Translations under genes and position numbers: made by a program
In this document: piece after piece, positions 18,038 to 26,985 of the stretch
Position numbering within the stretch: the stretch's first letter is position 1
How the letters are laid out: each line of letters opens with the position of its first letter
The notes under the pieces: model-generated
Databases searched by the model: none
What the model was told of the DNA's origin: nothing
The model's input: only the letters and a program-made list of their open reading frames with translations
Assembly (NCBI GenBank): GCA_965657355.1
Contig: CBFHOE010000005.1
Location: 264,053 to 291,037, forward strand
Source of the DNA: Limisphaerales bacterium
Lineage (GTDB): Bacteria; Verrucomicrobiota; Verrucomicrobiia; Limisphaerales; JAJOIW01
DNA length: 26,985 nucleotides
Reading direction: 5' to 3'

Positions 18038-18673
18038 ATGAGGATTTTACTCCTGCATGTGATCGTCTATGTAGCTGCTTTGGGCACGCTGGGAAATGCT
18101 TTTTGTGAAGAAGCAAAAACCAAACTAAAAACCAAGCTACTCACTGACTTTTTCTTATCGGAAGAGAAGACCAATATCTGGGAGATAACTAATGAACAAG
18201 TCTATGGAGGTGAAAGCGTGGGGCGATTTGAACTTTATGACGGAGAGGTATTAATTCTTGGCAAGACGAAATCCGGTTCAGGAGGACTGCTGTCTTTTAG
18301 ATCGAAACCAAAAATTTGGAATACCGGTGAATACGAAGGATTACTCATACACCTTAAAGGAGACGGTAAAAGCTATCTAGCAACGATAAGAACTAAACAG
18401 CATGTCAGGAACCGCCAAATAAGTTGGCGCGCAAAATTTACAACCAAAAAGAATCTTGACAATTGGCAAGTTATAAAACTTCCTTTCGAATCATTTCATC
18501 CCTACGTCTATAAAGTCGACTCCAAAAGATTTTTAACTAAAGGGGCTTCCGTTGACCCCGAGTCAATTGAATCTATTGGAATCATGATCGATGACTCAAA
18601 AACAACAGGATTCAAAGTTAGAGTCGATAAAATCGAGGCTTACAAGACAGTTATTCCGCAGGAATCTCGTTAA
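18038..18673 (+). CDS. CIA30 (NDUFAF1-like) family protein with signal peptide
   Basis: WEITNEQVYGGES, GGLLSFRS, LKGDGKSY, WQVIKLPFESF and IESIGIMI. Hydrophobic N-terminus from ATG 18038. Confidence 0.8.
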   Translation: MRILLLHVIVYVAALGTLGNAFCEEAKTKLKTKLLTDFFLSEEKTNIWEITNEQVYGGESVGRFELYDGEVLILGKTKSGSGGLLSFRSKPKIWNTGEYEGLLIHLKGDGKSYLATIRTKQHVRNRQISWRAKFTTKKNLDNWQVIKLPFESFHPYVYKVDSKRFLTKGASVDPESIESIGIMIDDSKTTGFKVRVDKIEAYKTVIPQESR

Positions 18674-20135
18674 GCGTGTAATAGGCCTTTGTATGAACAA
18701 GCCCCTCTCCACTTGAAGACTTCAGCTTTGAAAAATCAAAGTCGTGCACATGCCCTTGAGTAAGCCTGTCAAGCTTCAGGTGCAAAGACCGATTTCCGGG
18801 GTGAATAATGACTTCAGAAACTTTTGGATATCGGTGATCAACTTCCGGGCTACCATATCCTGCGCGATAGATGTGGGTATACGTTTCCAATACATAATTT
18901 TCAGCAGAAACAGCTAAACCGACATCAACAGGTTTAGTAAACTGAACAAGAAACCCATCAGGCCTTGCGGATATTTCTTTCACCTCAAAAGGGATTTTTC
19001 CATTCCAATCGACCCGCTGCAATGCGAAAGGGTCGGGACTTCTGACTGGCCACCCTCGATTCGTCCCCCCAACAATTAACTTCCCATCATTCGAGAATTG
19101 CAAAGAGAGAAGCCCAGTGGCAAACCCCTCTCTGAAGGGATAACAGGCACCTTGCCATACTCCATTAACTTCTTCGGTGGTGGTTCTCATTACAACACCT
19201 AAAGTGTAGTCACATATAAATATTTGATTATTAAAAGGACCGAATTTACCGTCTGTACGGTCGACCATAAATCCGGAGAGCTGTTGTCCCATTTTTCTAT
19301 ACGGAAAAACAACAGCATAGGGAACCAGCTCTTTAACTCGAGCCCTTTCAATTTCCAAACGAGAATTCGTGTTTGGTTCCACGGGCTTAGGCCCCATGTT
19401 AGGAGCAAGTTCATACCCATCAAAGCTGACAGGGTGCCCCATAAAACCACCTGGCTTGAGATGCTTTAACGAACAGGAACCATTCCAAGGCCCTTGGCTT
19501 TCAGCATAAAACATCACTCCTTCGGCATTCTCTCCCACACCACAAGGACTCCTGATTCCGCTCGCTATTGGAATAGTTCTACCATCAGGTGTTACCTGCA
19601 AACACCAACCTCGAAATTTTGCACGATAATGGTAGGAATTAGAAAGACAAAGGGCCACCCAAATATTTCCTTCCTTATCCGGCTTTGAGCCAAAAGAGTA
19701 TTCATGATAATTTGAAAACCCCCATACATCACTCAAAGTTTTAAATTCATCAGCTCTGCCATCTTCATCAGTATCGGAAATAAAACTGACTTCAGTTTGC
19801 TGGGTGACGTAAAAGCCATTGTCTTTCCAAGCTAAACTTGTGACTTCATCTAAACCCGATGCGTATTCTTTGAACACAGGTTTCGGAGGAGTCGCGAAGG
19901 CGCCCTCGACAATAAATATTTGTCCCCTTCGAGTTCCAATGGCCAATTTTTCGTCGGGCATGAGTTCGAAGCTCCCCGCCTCCAAGATAATATCATCAGG
20001 AATCGGGATATCTATTATAGGATAATGCTTTTCCTCGACCTCAGTTGTATTCCAATAATCTCCTAGCTTTTCAGCATGTGAGGCCCCTATTGAGGCTATC
20101 AATACGAAAGTTGCTTTTAATAAAATAGTTTTCAT
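18651..20135 (-). CDS. Secreted beta-propeller protein (PVC-type, sorbosone dehydrogenase-like), partner of the multiheme cytochrome
   Basis: Signal peptide ending ASHA; propeller-type motifs DTDEDGRAD, NYHEYSFG, ASGIRSPCG, SQGPW, FGPFNNQIF and GGTNRGW. Confidence 0.7.
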   Translation of the reverse strand: MKTILLKATFVLIASIGASHAEKLGDYWNTTEVEEKHYPIIDIPIPDDIILEAGSFELMPDEKLAIGTRRGQIFIVEGAFATPPKPVFKEYASGLDEVTSLAWKDNGFYVTQQTEVSFISDTDEDGRADEFKTLSDVWGFSNYHEYSFGSKPDKEGNIWVALCLSNSYHYRAKFRGWCLQVTPDGRTIPIASGIRSPCGVGENAEGVMFYAESQGPWNGSCSLKHLKPGGFMGHPVSFDGYELAPNMGPKPVEPNTNSRLEIERARVKELVPYAVVFPYRKMGQQLSGFMVDRTDGKFGPFNNQIFICDYTLGVVMRTTTEEVNGVWQGACYPFREGFATGLLSLQFSNDGKLIVGGTNRGWPVRSPDPFALQRVDWNGKIPFEVKEISARPDGFLVQFTKPVDVGLAVSAENYVLETYTHIYRAGYGSPEVDHRYPKVSEVIIHPGNRSLHLKLDRLTQGHVHDFDFSKLKSSSGEGLVHTKAYYTLNEIPAE

Positions 20136-20144
20136 GCTGATCTG

Positions 20145-22430
20145 TTATTGGGTTGGAAGCTTTGTGTAATAAATCACTATCGGTTTGGATTGCAAAGCAT
20201 CAGTCACATGCACCCGAAGTTCTGTCTCATCACCAAGAACCAAATATCCTAGCCCACCATCCAATATTCGGAGGGAAATCTTTGAATCCATTTCAAAAGA
20301 ATTCTCACTGATTTTTTTGATTATTTTGTGACTAGCAACTCGAAAAGTGAGTGGGGATTCCAATTTAGGGGAAACCGAAAGACGCCTGATTAAACCTGGT
20401 TTACCCTTTTCAATTAAATGAATTAGATCAGGTTGATTAAATGCTTTCTCAGTCATAAATGAATCTTCAACAACAGAGCCGTTAATGGAATACCTAAAAG
20501 TTGGATTTCTCCATTTGTCCAATTTATAACCAAGAAAAGCATGGGTCTCAGGTCGAGCGTCTGGCGTCGGCCACACGTCTTCCTTTGCAGGCAATGCTAA
20601 GACATCAGGTTGATGAGGGAATTTATAAACTTCTCTTGATAAGGGATTCGCGACACCATGACCTTGACCGGCCCATACGCCTGCGGCATTAACAAATTCG
20701 CCTGTCCACATTAATGCAAGCCCCAATCGCTCGGCACTGAAAGCGACATTAAAACCATTCGGAAAACCAACCCCAATGCCTCTTTTGCCGATTCCACGAT
20801 AGCTTCTCCGAAGCATCACCGCCTCTTCGCCTTTTGCTTTAATCTCTATACGAGGCCACTGGATTCCTTTAGGATTACCAGCCCCGTATCCTTCACTTAA
20901 ATATTCCCATATTGCATCAATTTGCTTGAAAGGATCTCCGTCAAGAACCTCCTTCTTTGGAACATTTCCATTTGCCCAAAAAGCTGGCATTAGGGTATTT
21001 GGAGAAAGCGATTGAGGATTCATCATATATTCATGAAACCAAGTTCGGTTTAATCTCTGCGCCATGATGGTCAAATCAATAGCCCCCATGGCTCCAGTTT
21101 TTTTGCCTTTAAATGTGTGGCAAGCAATACAGGCCATTCCGTCTGAACCGACTAAATGGCGCCCGTTATTGCTCATCCTCATTTCCCTATTATAGGAAAC
21201 TTTATCTAATGAATTATACTGGTCTTCTTTTTTAAGAAGATCTATTAGGCGATTCATCGCACTGGCGCCAAAAGCAGGCATTCGCGTATTCATGTATGGA
21301 CGAGCCCGGACACCTTGGACCAAAACTTTGCGTAACCAAATTGGGTTTAGTTTAGCGCCTACATTGTCAAGTTTTGGGGGAATTCGTCCTTGCTCACCTA
21401 TGCTGGGATCCGTTGTTTTAAAAAAAGGGTTTAATTTTTCTGTGACCCCGCCATGGCCATTTCGCTCGTGGCACACATAACAATTAAAATCTTCCAATGT
21501 GAGGTGAATTTCTTTGGATACAGATAATGGCATTGAAGAATTTAAGGCAGTTTTGATTTGTTTTTTTTCTAGCTCAGATAGTTTGTAGTGGATTCCATTG
21601 TGGGATGCATCTGACAAGCAACCATTTTCAAAATTCAAGTTATGCAGGTTGGATTTCGCTAATTCTCTATCCTCACCACCCGAATTGTGGCATGACCCGC
21701 ATTGTTTTTTTTCAAAAAGCAATCTCCCTTGATTGATGCGCCTGAGCTTTTCGCTTGAATTTGATGAATATATTTTTTTTGAATTTTCACTGGTCGGATT
21801 GAAGAGATAACCGGCTAGGGCCTGAGCTTCCTCGTAAGTTAGATTCTGGCTTGGCATTTTACCTGTTGGAAAATAATCCAAAGGATTCATGAGCATATCT
21901 CTCAATCCATCAAAAGTATATTTATCCGACAATCCTGTGAGATTTTCTTTCTCTCCGTGACAAGCCACGCAACCAGTTGATTCATAAAGCAAAGAACCAT
22001 TATCATTCTCAATTTCAATTTGAGGGATTTCGGATTCTTTTTTTGTATTTATGGATGAGAGATAGGAAACCAAAGCTTTAGCATTATTCTCAATATCATA
22101 CCGATCGCCCCCCACAACAGGGTGATACTTGGAGATATCTGTTGTTCCATTTAGAAAGGATTCGAGATAGTGATTTGAAAAACTACTACTCAATTTCTGA
22201 AGGTCAGCCGCAGGTGACTTTTTGAGATATCCAACATTTGATATGTGGCATTGTCTACACCCAAGTTTATTAATAAGCCTGTAGCCAGAAATTATATCAA
22301 TATTTTCATCTTTGGCATTAATCCCAACATTACCCACAGCCCTCAATGTCGGACTCAAAGCGATCAACAGTATAACGGCGCCCAATACATTAAGTATATT
22401 TTTGTGAATAAAGAATGGATCCAATTTCAT
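20145..22430 (-). CDS. Pentaheme c-type cytochrome (PVC-type)
   Basis: Five CxxCH motifs (CRQCH, CVACH, CGSCH, CYVCH, CIACH), distal Met-type motifs (KMPS, RMPAF, LMPAF) and an N-terminal signal peptide. Confidence 0.88.
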   Translation of the reverse strand: MKLDPFFIHKNILNVLGAVILLIALSPTLRAVGNVGINAKDENIDIISGYRLINKLGCRQCHISNVGYLKKSPAADLQKLSSSFSNHYLESFLNGTTDISKYHPVVGGDRYDIENNAKALVSYLSSINTKKESEIPQIEIENDNGSLLYESTGCVACHGEKENLTGLSDKYTFDGLRDMLMNPLDYFPTGKMPSQNLTYEEAQALAGYLFNPTSENSKKIYSSNSSEKLRRINQGRLLFEKKQCGSCHNSGGEDRELAKSNLHNLNFENGCLSDASHNGIHYKLSELEKKQIKTALNSSMPLSVSKEIHLTLEDFNCYVCHERNGHGGVTEKLNPFFKTTDPSIGEQGRIPPKLDNVGAKLNPIWLRKVLVQGVRARPYMNTRMPAFGASAMNRLIDLLKKEDQYNSLDKVSYNREMRMSNNGRHLVGSDGMACIACHTFKGKKTGAMGAIDLTIMAQRLNRTWFHEYMMNPQSLSPNTLMPAFWANGNVPKKEVLDGDPFKQIDAIWEYLSEGYGAGNPKGIQWPRIEIKAKGEEAVMLRRSYRGIGKRGIGVGFPNGFNVAFSAERLGLALMWTGEFVNAAGVWAGQGHGVANPLSREVYKFPHQPDVLALPAKEDVWPTPDARPETHAFLGYKLDKWRNPTFRYSINGSVVEDSFMTEKAFNQPDLIHLIEKGKPGLIRRLSVSPKLESPLTFRVASHKIIKKISENSFEMDSKISLRILDGGLGYLVLGDETELRVHVTDALQSKPIVIYYTKLPTQ

Positions 22431-22466
22431 TTTGTTAAATGGAAGTGAGGTAAATTACGAATCGCG

Positions 22467-23969
22467 TTAGGCCGTTTTGTCTGAAACTGGTTTACTGAAG
22501 CCCATCATTGTTTGCATTATCAAAATAACAGTCACGTTGGCAAAGAAACCAATAAGACCGGCATGGAGATTCAAAGGCTTTCTTGGAATGACATCCTTTG
22601 CAATCATACTGCCGAGAACAAAAAACAGTGAGACGGACAACCCAACAATTAAGCCAGTCAATACTGGCTGTGATCGAAGGGATTTCCAATGAAGCCCAAG
22701 GATCAAAGCTGGTGCTATCTGAACTAATAACTCGAGTTTGATTTCAATTATTTGGTAAATCGAACTCTCAAGAAAAATAGTAATAATAACTACAATCGCA
22801 ATGACCAAAAAACTGGCAAATTTTCCTAATTGTGTGAGACTTTTTTCATCCTTACCAGGGTTTAATGGGCGGTAAAGGTCTTGAGTTATCATTGATGATA
22901 TTGAAAGTAAGGCGGAATCAACGGTCGACATGATCGCTGAAAAAACAGCCGCCATAAACAAGAGTATCACAATTTCAACAGATGGAACCTGCGCAGCCAA
23001 TGCTGATAAAAATTCTAATGTGATACCCTCGCTTGCCTCCTTAGAAAGTTCTGGAAACTTGGTCCGACCAATCCAACCCACTGAAATCATGAGTAGTGTG
23101 GTGAAAAGGGGTAGGTAGACCATCGCCTGAAATGCCACTTTGAGGGACTTTGCGCTTCGAGCTGCATAAATCCTTTGGATGGCATGAGGATATAGCGCTA
23201 TACCGATTGTAATTACGACCACGGTGCTCCACCACCCCACTAAATCGCCTCCGGATGGCGGCTGCCAATATTGCGGAGCAGAAGATTTTAGGTTGTCGAT
23301 AACACCCGTAATGCCACCTAGATCACCAACAATAGTAAAGAATATTACAATACAACCTAAAAATAGAATGACTCCTTGAATAACATCAGTCCATGCAACA
23401 CTCCGCAAGCCACCCAGCATTTCATATATCAGAATGATCAAAGCAAAAAAACAGATACCAACCCAGGCTGGTGTCTGTCCATTGGTGGCAGTCTCTGTCA
23501 TCACTCCAATAGCTTTCAAATTGGAAATGATAAAATTCGCCATGGCAACAATCCCAGAGAAAGCAACAAGCGTTGTGAGTGTCCTGCTTTGAAATCTCCA
23601 GTGGACAAAATCTCCAGTTGTAATGAATTTAAATTTTCTGCTCAAAGAATAAAGTTTCGGAGCATATATGAGATAAACACCAATAACTCCCATCATAAAC
23701 GTGACACAATACAGAAGGGTAAAACCAGAGCGATACGCCTTGGCGGCAAAACCAATAAGTGTATTTCCACTGTATTGAGTAGCGTAAAGAGTGGGTAGCA
23801 GAACCCACAAACTCATCGAGCGAGCATTTAGGTAAAAATCGCTCATTGAATCCGATCCAGAGCTTGCTCTTTTTCCAAGCCAGCCAATAAAAATCAAGAG
23901 GGCGGCGTAAACAATGAAGAAAGCCCAAACCTTATTACCTGAATCAATCATACCAAGGAAAGGGATCAT
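22467..23969 (-). CDS. Sodium:solute symporter family protein (PanF/PutP-like)
   Basis: About 13 hydrophobic helices; DFYLNAR, ATQYSGNTLIG, GGLRSVAWTDVIQG, PHAIQRIYAA and SAIMSTVDS. Confidence 0.92.
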   Translation of the reverse strand: MIPFLGMIDSGNKVWAFFIVYAALLIFIGWLGKRASSGSDSMSDFYLNARSMSLWVLLPTLYATQYSGNTLIGFAAKAYRSGFTLLYCVTFMMGVIGVYLIYAPKLYSLSRKFKFITTGDFVHWRFQSRTLTTLVAFSGIVAMANFIISNLKAIGVMTETATNGQTPAWVGICFFALIILIYEMLGGLRSVAWTDVIQGVILFLGCIVIFFTIVGDLGGITGVIDNLKSSAPQYWQPPSGGDLVGWWSTVVVITIGIALYPHAIQRIYAARSAKSLKVAFQAMVYLPLFTTLLMISVGWIGRTKFPELSKEASEGITLEFLSALAAQVPSVEIVILLFMAAVFSAIMSTVDSALLSISSMITQDLYRPLNPGKDEKSLTQLGKFASFLVIAIVVIITIFLESSIYQIIEIKLELLVQIAPALILGLHWKSLRSQPVLTGLIVGLSVSLFFVLGSMIAKDVIPRKPLNLHAGLIGFFANVTVILIMQTMMGFSKPVSDKTA

Positions 23970-24199
23970 TCTGTATCCTCCTCAGCTTCCTGACTTTCCT
24001 GATCAGTGGTATCCCAGCTTTTCTCAAGCATAAAACAAACAGCGGTGGCAAATACAATATTGAAAGCAAACACATACCAAAACCAAATTGGCAATCCACC
24101 CAAACTCTCTTTCATCAAAGACGAAAACCAAGGGACTGTGATTGTTAATAAAAATAAAACCACAACGCCCATTTTTAATTCTAAGTTTTTTTTGAACAC
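23966..24199 (-). CDS. Small two-helix membrane protein, SSS-associated (DUF997/DUF3311-like)
   Basis: 77 aa with two TM segments and GGLPIWFW. Its stop overlaps the symporter start (ATGA, 4 nt). Confidence 0.75.
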   Translation of the reverse strand: MFKKNLELKMGVVVLFLLTITVPWFSSLMKESLGGLPIWFWYVFAFNIVFATAVCFMLEKSWDTTDQESQEAEEDTE

Positions 24200-24234
24200 G
24201 ATGGAAATAATGAATGGTTTCGATTAATTAGGGT

Positions 24235-25494
24235 TCAATTCTTGAACGAATAAAGGTGCGTCTCGGACCTGTATAGAATGCGCCCATCGCCGGGAGTTAG
24301 TGATGCGAGCGTTCTTTGTTCCACGTCATTCTTACTTATTGTTTTAAATTCTCGGCCTGGCACTACCACAGATGTCACTCCTTCTTCACTCGTGCAATAC
24401 AACTTACCCCCGACCAGCAAAAGGGAAGAAGAATAGTTACCACCAATTCGCTCGTCGTAGATGGGCTTACCTGTCTTTGCTTCAAAACAACTCAAGATGC
24501 CATTGTCAGAAAGGTTATAAAGCAGTCCTTCATGAAAAACATATGAGGGGGTTTTAGCAATAGATCTCTTGGTCTGCCAGACGATAGCTTTCTTGCCTAA
24601 ATCTCCTGAACCTTTTGGATTTATAGCTAAAAGGGATGCACGATCAAATCCTGTGCTGATAAAAACTAATCCTTCTCCATAAACTGGCTGAGGAACAACT
24701 GAGTATCCATCATACCCTACTCTCCATATTTCCTCCCCCGTATCAGGATCGTAGCTACCCACCATATCACTTCCTGGTAATACAACTTGCTTTCGGCCAC
24801 CTATCTCAATAACTCGCCCTGTACAAAATGAAAATTTCCTCTTTGCATTCACGGATCGCGGAACCCTCCAAACTTCTTCTCCATTGTTTGCATCAAGCGC
24901 AACCACAAATGGATTCGTAGCACCGTCACAGCTGAAAATAAGTTTTCCATTCACCAAAACAGGACTTCCGCCATTCCCGTGAACAGGTGAATAATTTATC
25001 TTCTGGTTTTTCCAAAGAACCTCTCCTTTCGTCATGGACAAACAAGCCGTTCCCAGATGTCCAAAATGAACAAAAACCATTTCTCCGTTTATTATCGGAG
25101 TCGGACTCGCGTGACTATTCTTACGATGAATATTGGGGGCCTCTGATCCTTGTTCAAACACGACTCTATCCCACAAAATATCTCCGGACTTTTCACTCAC
25201 ACATATGACCCTGAGCTCATAACCTTTGCCACGTGGCACTGCTGACGTTATCACAACTTTGCCTTGGCTTAAGCTCGGTGATGACCACCCATTGCCTGGA
25301 ATCTTAACCTTCCATTCCACATTTTCTTTACCACTCCACTGAACTGGGTATTCTCCGGATTGGTCCCCGACACCCTGCATTGATCCGCCTCTGAACTCGG
25401 ACCAATCACCCGCCTTAACGACTAAGCTGGCCATTAAAAACAGCCCAAATGCACCGAAAATAATCTTATCCCTGTTCATTTTCACTTGGATCAT
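24235..25494 (-). CDS. PQQ-binding-like beta-propeller repeat protein
   Basis: Signal peptide followed by DWSEFRG, WKVKIPGNGWSSP, NSHASPTP, ALDANNGEEVWR, YDPDTGEEIWR and C-terminal LYRSETHLYSF. Confidence 0.9.
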   Translation of the reverse strand: MIQVKMNRDKIIFGAFGLFLMASLVVKAGDWSEFRGGSMQGVGDQSGEYPVQWSGKENVEWKVKIPGNGWSSPSLSQGKVVITSAVPRGKGYELRVICVSEKSGDILWDRVVFEQGSEAPNIHRKNSHASPTPIINGEMVFVHFGHLGTACLSMTKGEVLWKNQKINYSPVHGNGGSPVLVNGKLIFSCDGATNPFVVALDANNGEEVWRVPRSVNAKRKFSFCTGRVIEIGGRKQVVLPGSDMVGSYDPDTGEEIWRVGYDGYSVVPQPVYGEGLVFISTGFDRASLLAINPKGSGDLGKKAIVWQTKRSIAKTPSYVFHEGLLYNLSDNGILSCFEAKTGKPIYDERIGGNYSSSLLLVGGKLYCTSEEGVTSVVVPGREFKTISKNDVEQRTLASLTPGDGRILYRSETHLYSFKN

Positions 25495-25639
25495 TCTTAG
25501 TATTTACCCCCTCGCAATACCAAAATCGAGCTTATAACACTTGTTTTCGTTTTAAATCACCCCTTTTATTACCTATTCCCTCTTGACTTTATGCCACAAA
25601 AAACCTAATCATTACCAACATAAGTAATTTACTAATAAT

Positions 25640-26985
25640 ATGACTACTGAGCCAAAAAAATTGTCAAAGAATGAGATTCTGAAGGAAAACTCCCCGACAT
25701 TGGCAGGGACTATTATGGAGACCCTGGCAAATTCTGAGTTAGATCGATTCTCGAATGACGATATCCAATTTCTAAAATTCCACGGTATTTACCAGCAAGA
25801 TGATAGAGATTTAAGGAAACAGGGCAAAAAATATATGTTCATGATCCGGGGTAGGATACCTGGCGGTGTGATGAACCCGAATCTTTATAAAGTTTACGAC
25901 GACCTCGCCAATGAAGTAGGCAATTTGACATTAAGGGTCACGACCAGGCAAAGCTTCCAATTTCACGGAGTGGTAAAATCTGGCCTGGGCCCATTGATGA
26001 GGAGAATACACGAAGCCTTGTCTGATACTCTGGCGGCATGTGGCGATGTAAACCGCAATGTGATGTCACCAGTGACTCCAACCTCAAGCCCATTAGTTCC
26101 CGAGGTCTACAAAGATGCCGATAGAGTTTCTACCGAACTGCTTCCTCAAACCAAATCCTATCACCAGATTTGGGTAGACGGTGTCCAACTCGATCTTGAT
26201 GAAGGAAAAGATTTCGTTGACCCATTGTATGGCAAAACATATCTACCAAGAAAATTTAAAGCTGCTTTTGCTATTCCACCGCTGAATGACACTGACATTT
26301 TTACAAACTGTCTTGGCTTCATAGCTGTAGGGGATGAAAACGGGCAGTTGTTAGGTTACAATTTAGTCTGTGGCGGAGGGATGGGAATGGCCCATAACAA
26401 TGTAAAAACTTACCCACGAGTTGGCGATGTGATTGGTTACTTTCCCCGTGAAAAAATCATTGATATCTCCAAAGCTGTACTGACAGTTCACAGAGACTTT
26501 GGAGACCGCAGTGACCGAAAACATGCTCGACTTAAGTATGTCATTGCCGAAAGGGGAGTCGAATGGTTCAGGGGCGAAGTCGAAACTCGTGCTGGTATCA
26601 AGTTCGAGAAAGCGAAGGACTTTAACTTCGACAGCCAAAACGACATGTATGGTTGGCATGAGCAATTTGATGGGAAGCATTTTCTTGGTTTACACATTCT
26701 CGCGGGACGAGTTAAAGATACTGACCAGATCAAGATGAAATCGGCTATCAGGAAGGTCGTCGATGAATACAATGTTTATGTCCTACTAACGCCTTCGCAA
26801 AATATTCTGATTCCTGACATTCAGGCCGCTGACAAAGAAGCGATTACTAAGATTTTTAATGATCATGGCGTAGAATTGGAAAACCAAGGATCGAAGCTAA
26901 GTAGAACAGCAATGGCCTGCCCTGCTCTGCCCACTTGCGGCCTCTCACTCGCCGAGTCTGAAAGGTATTTGCCAGAATTGCTTGC
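25640..26985 (+). CDS. cysI: Assimilatory sulfite reductase hemoprotein subunit (siroheme/4Fe-4S); 3'-truncated by window edge
   Basis: Not in the ORF track because it has no stop in the window. Hand translation from ATG 25640 gives MTTEPKKLSKNEILKENS...FLKFHGIYQQDDRD...FMIRGRIPGG...TTRQSFQFHG...ACGDVNRN...YLPRKFK...MACPALPTCGLSLAESERYLP. Confidence 0.93.
   Translation, partial: MTTEPKKLSKNEILKENSPTLAGTIMETLANSELDRFSNDDIQFLKFHGIYQQDDRDLRKQGKKYMFMIRGRIPGGVMNPNLYKVYDDLANEVGNLTLRVTTRQSFQFHGVVKSGLGPLMRRIHEALSDTLAACGDVNRNVMSPVTPTSSPLVPEVYKDADRVSTELLPQTKSYHQIWVDGVQLDLDEGKDFVDPLYGKTYLPRKFKAAFAIPPLNDTDIFTNCLGFIAVGDENGQLLGYNLVCGGGMGMAHNNVKTYPRVGDVIGYFPREKIIDISKAVLTVHRDFGDRSDRKHARLKYVIAERGVEWFRGEVETRAGIKFEKAKDFNFDSQNDMYGWHEQFDGKHFLGLHILAGRVKDTDQIKMKSAIRKVVDEYNVYVLLTPSQNILIPDIQAADKEAITKIFNDHGVELENQGSKLSRTAMACPALPTCGLSLAESERYLPELL

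Noticed and set aside
26363..26772. Three short ORFs in the track near the right end
   Set aside because: These are shadow frames of the truncated cysI gene.
1..26985. CRISPR array, defence system, prophage, IS element or riboswitch; other short ORFs nested in long genes
   Set aside because: I saw no regularly spaced repeats, cas/transposase/phage motifs or riboswitch consensus. The nuclease + CPBP ('Abi') adjacency is convergent and is not evidence of anti-phage function. Nested ORFs are antisense or alternate-frame shadows.

Overview
AT-rich bacterial chromosomal segment. Gene content (PQQ-like propeller, PVC-type multiheme cytochrome/propeller pair, DUF3179, small class II cytochrome c) suggests the PVC superphylum, probably Verrucomicrobiota; this is inference. 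In order, the window holds: a 5'-truncated ExeM/NucH-like EEP nuclease, a CPBP protease, a small monoheme cytochrome c, B12-dependent methionine synthase (metH), a MEKHLA protein, a small hypothetical, a DHH phosphoesterase + CdaA-CdaR-like diadenylate cyclase pair, a lipoprotein aldose 1-epimerase, tRNA-Leu(GAG), an Fe-S-less PhrB/CryB-type photolyase, a DUF3179 + Cys-rich protein pair, a DHDPS-family lyase, a CIA30 protein, a five-gene minus-strand cluster (PQQ-like propeller, small membrane protein, Na+/solute symporter, pentaheme cytochrome c, beta-propeller), and a 3'-truncated sulfite reductase hemoprotein (cysI) that the ORF track misses. I saw no CRISPR array, transposase, integrase or phage gene. 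The best leads are a SahR-like operator inside the metH promoter, the two-gene c-di-AMP-like module with variant catalytic motifs and an upstream palindrome, the symporter/pentaheme cytochrome cluster, and the DUF3179/Cys-rich pair. All family calls come from motif recognition by eye, not from database searches.
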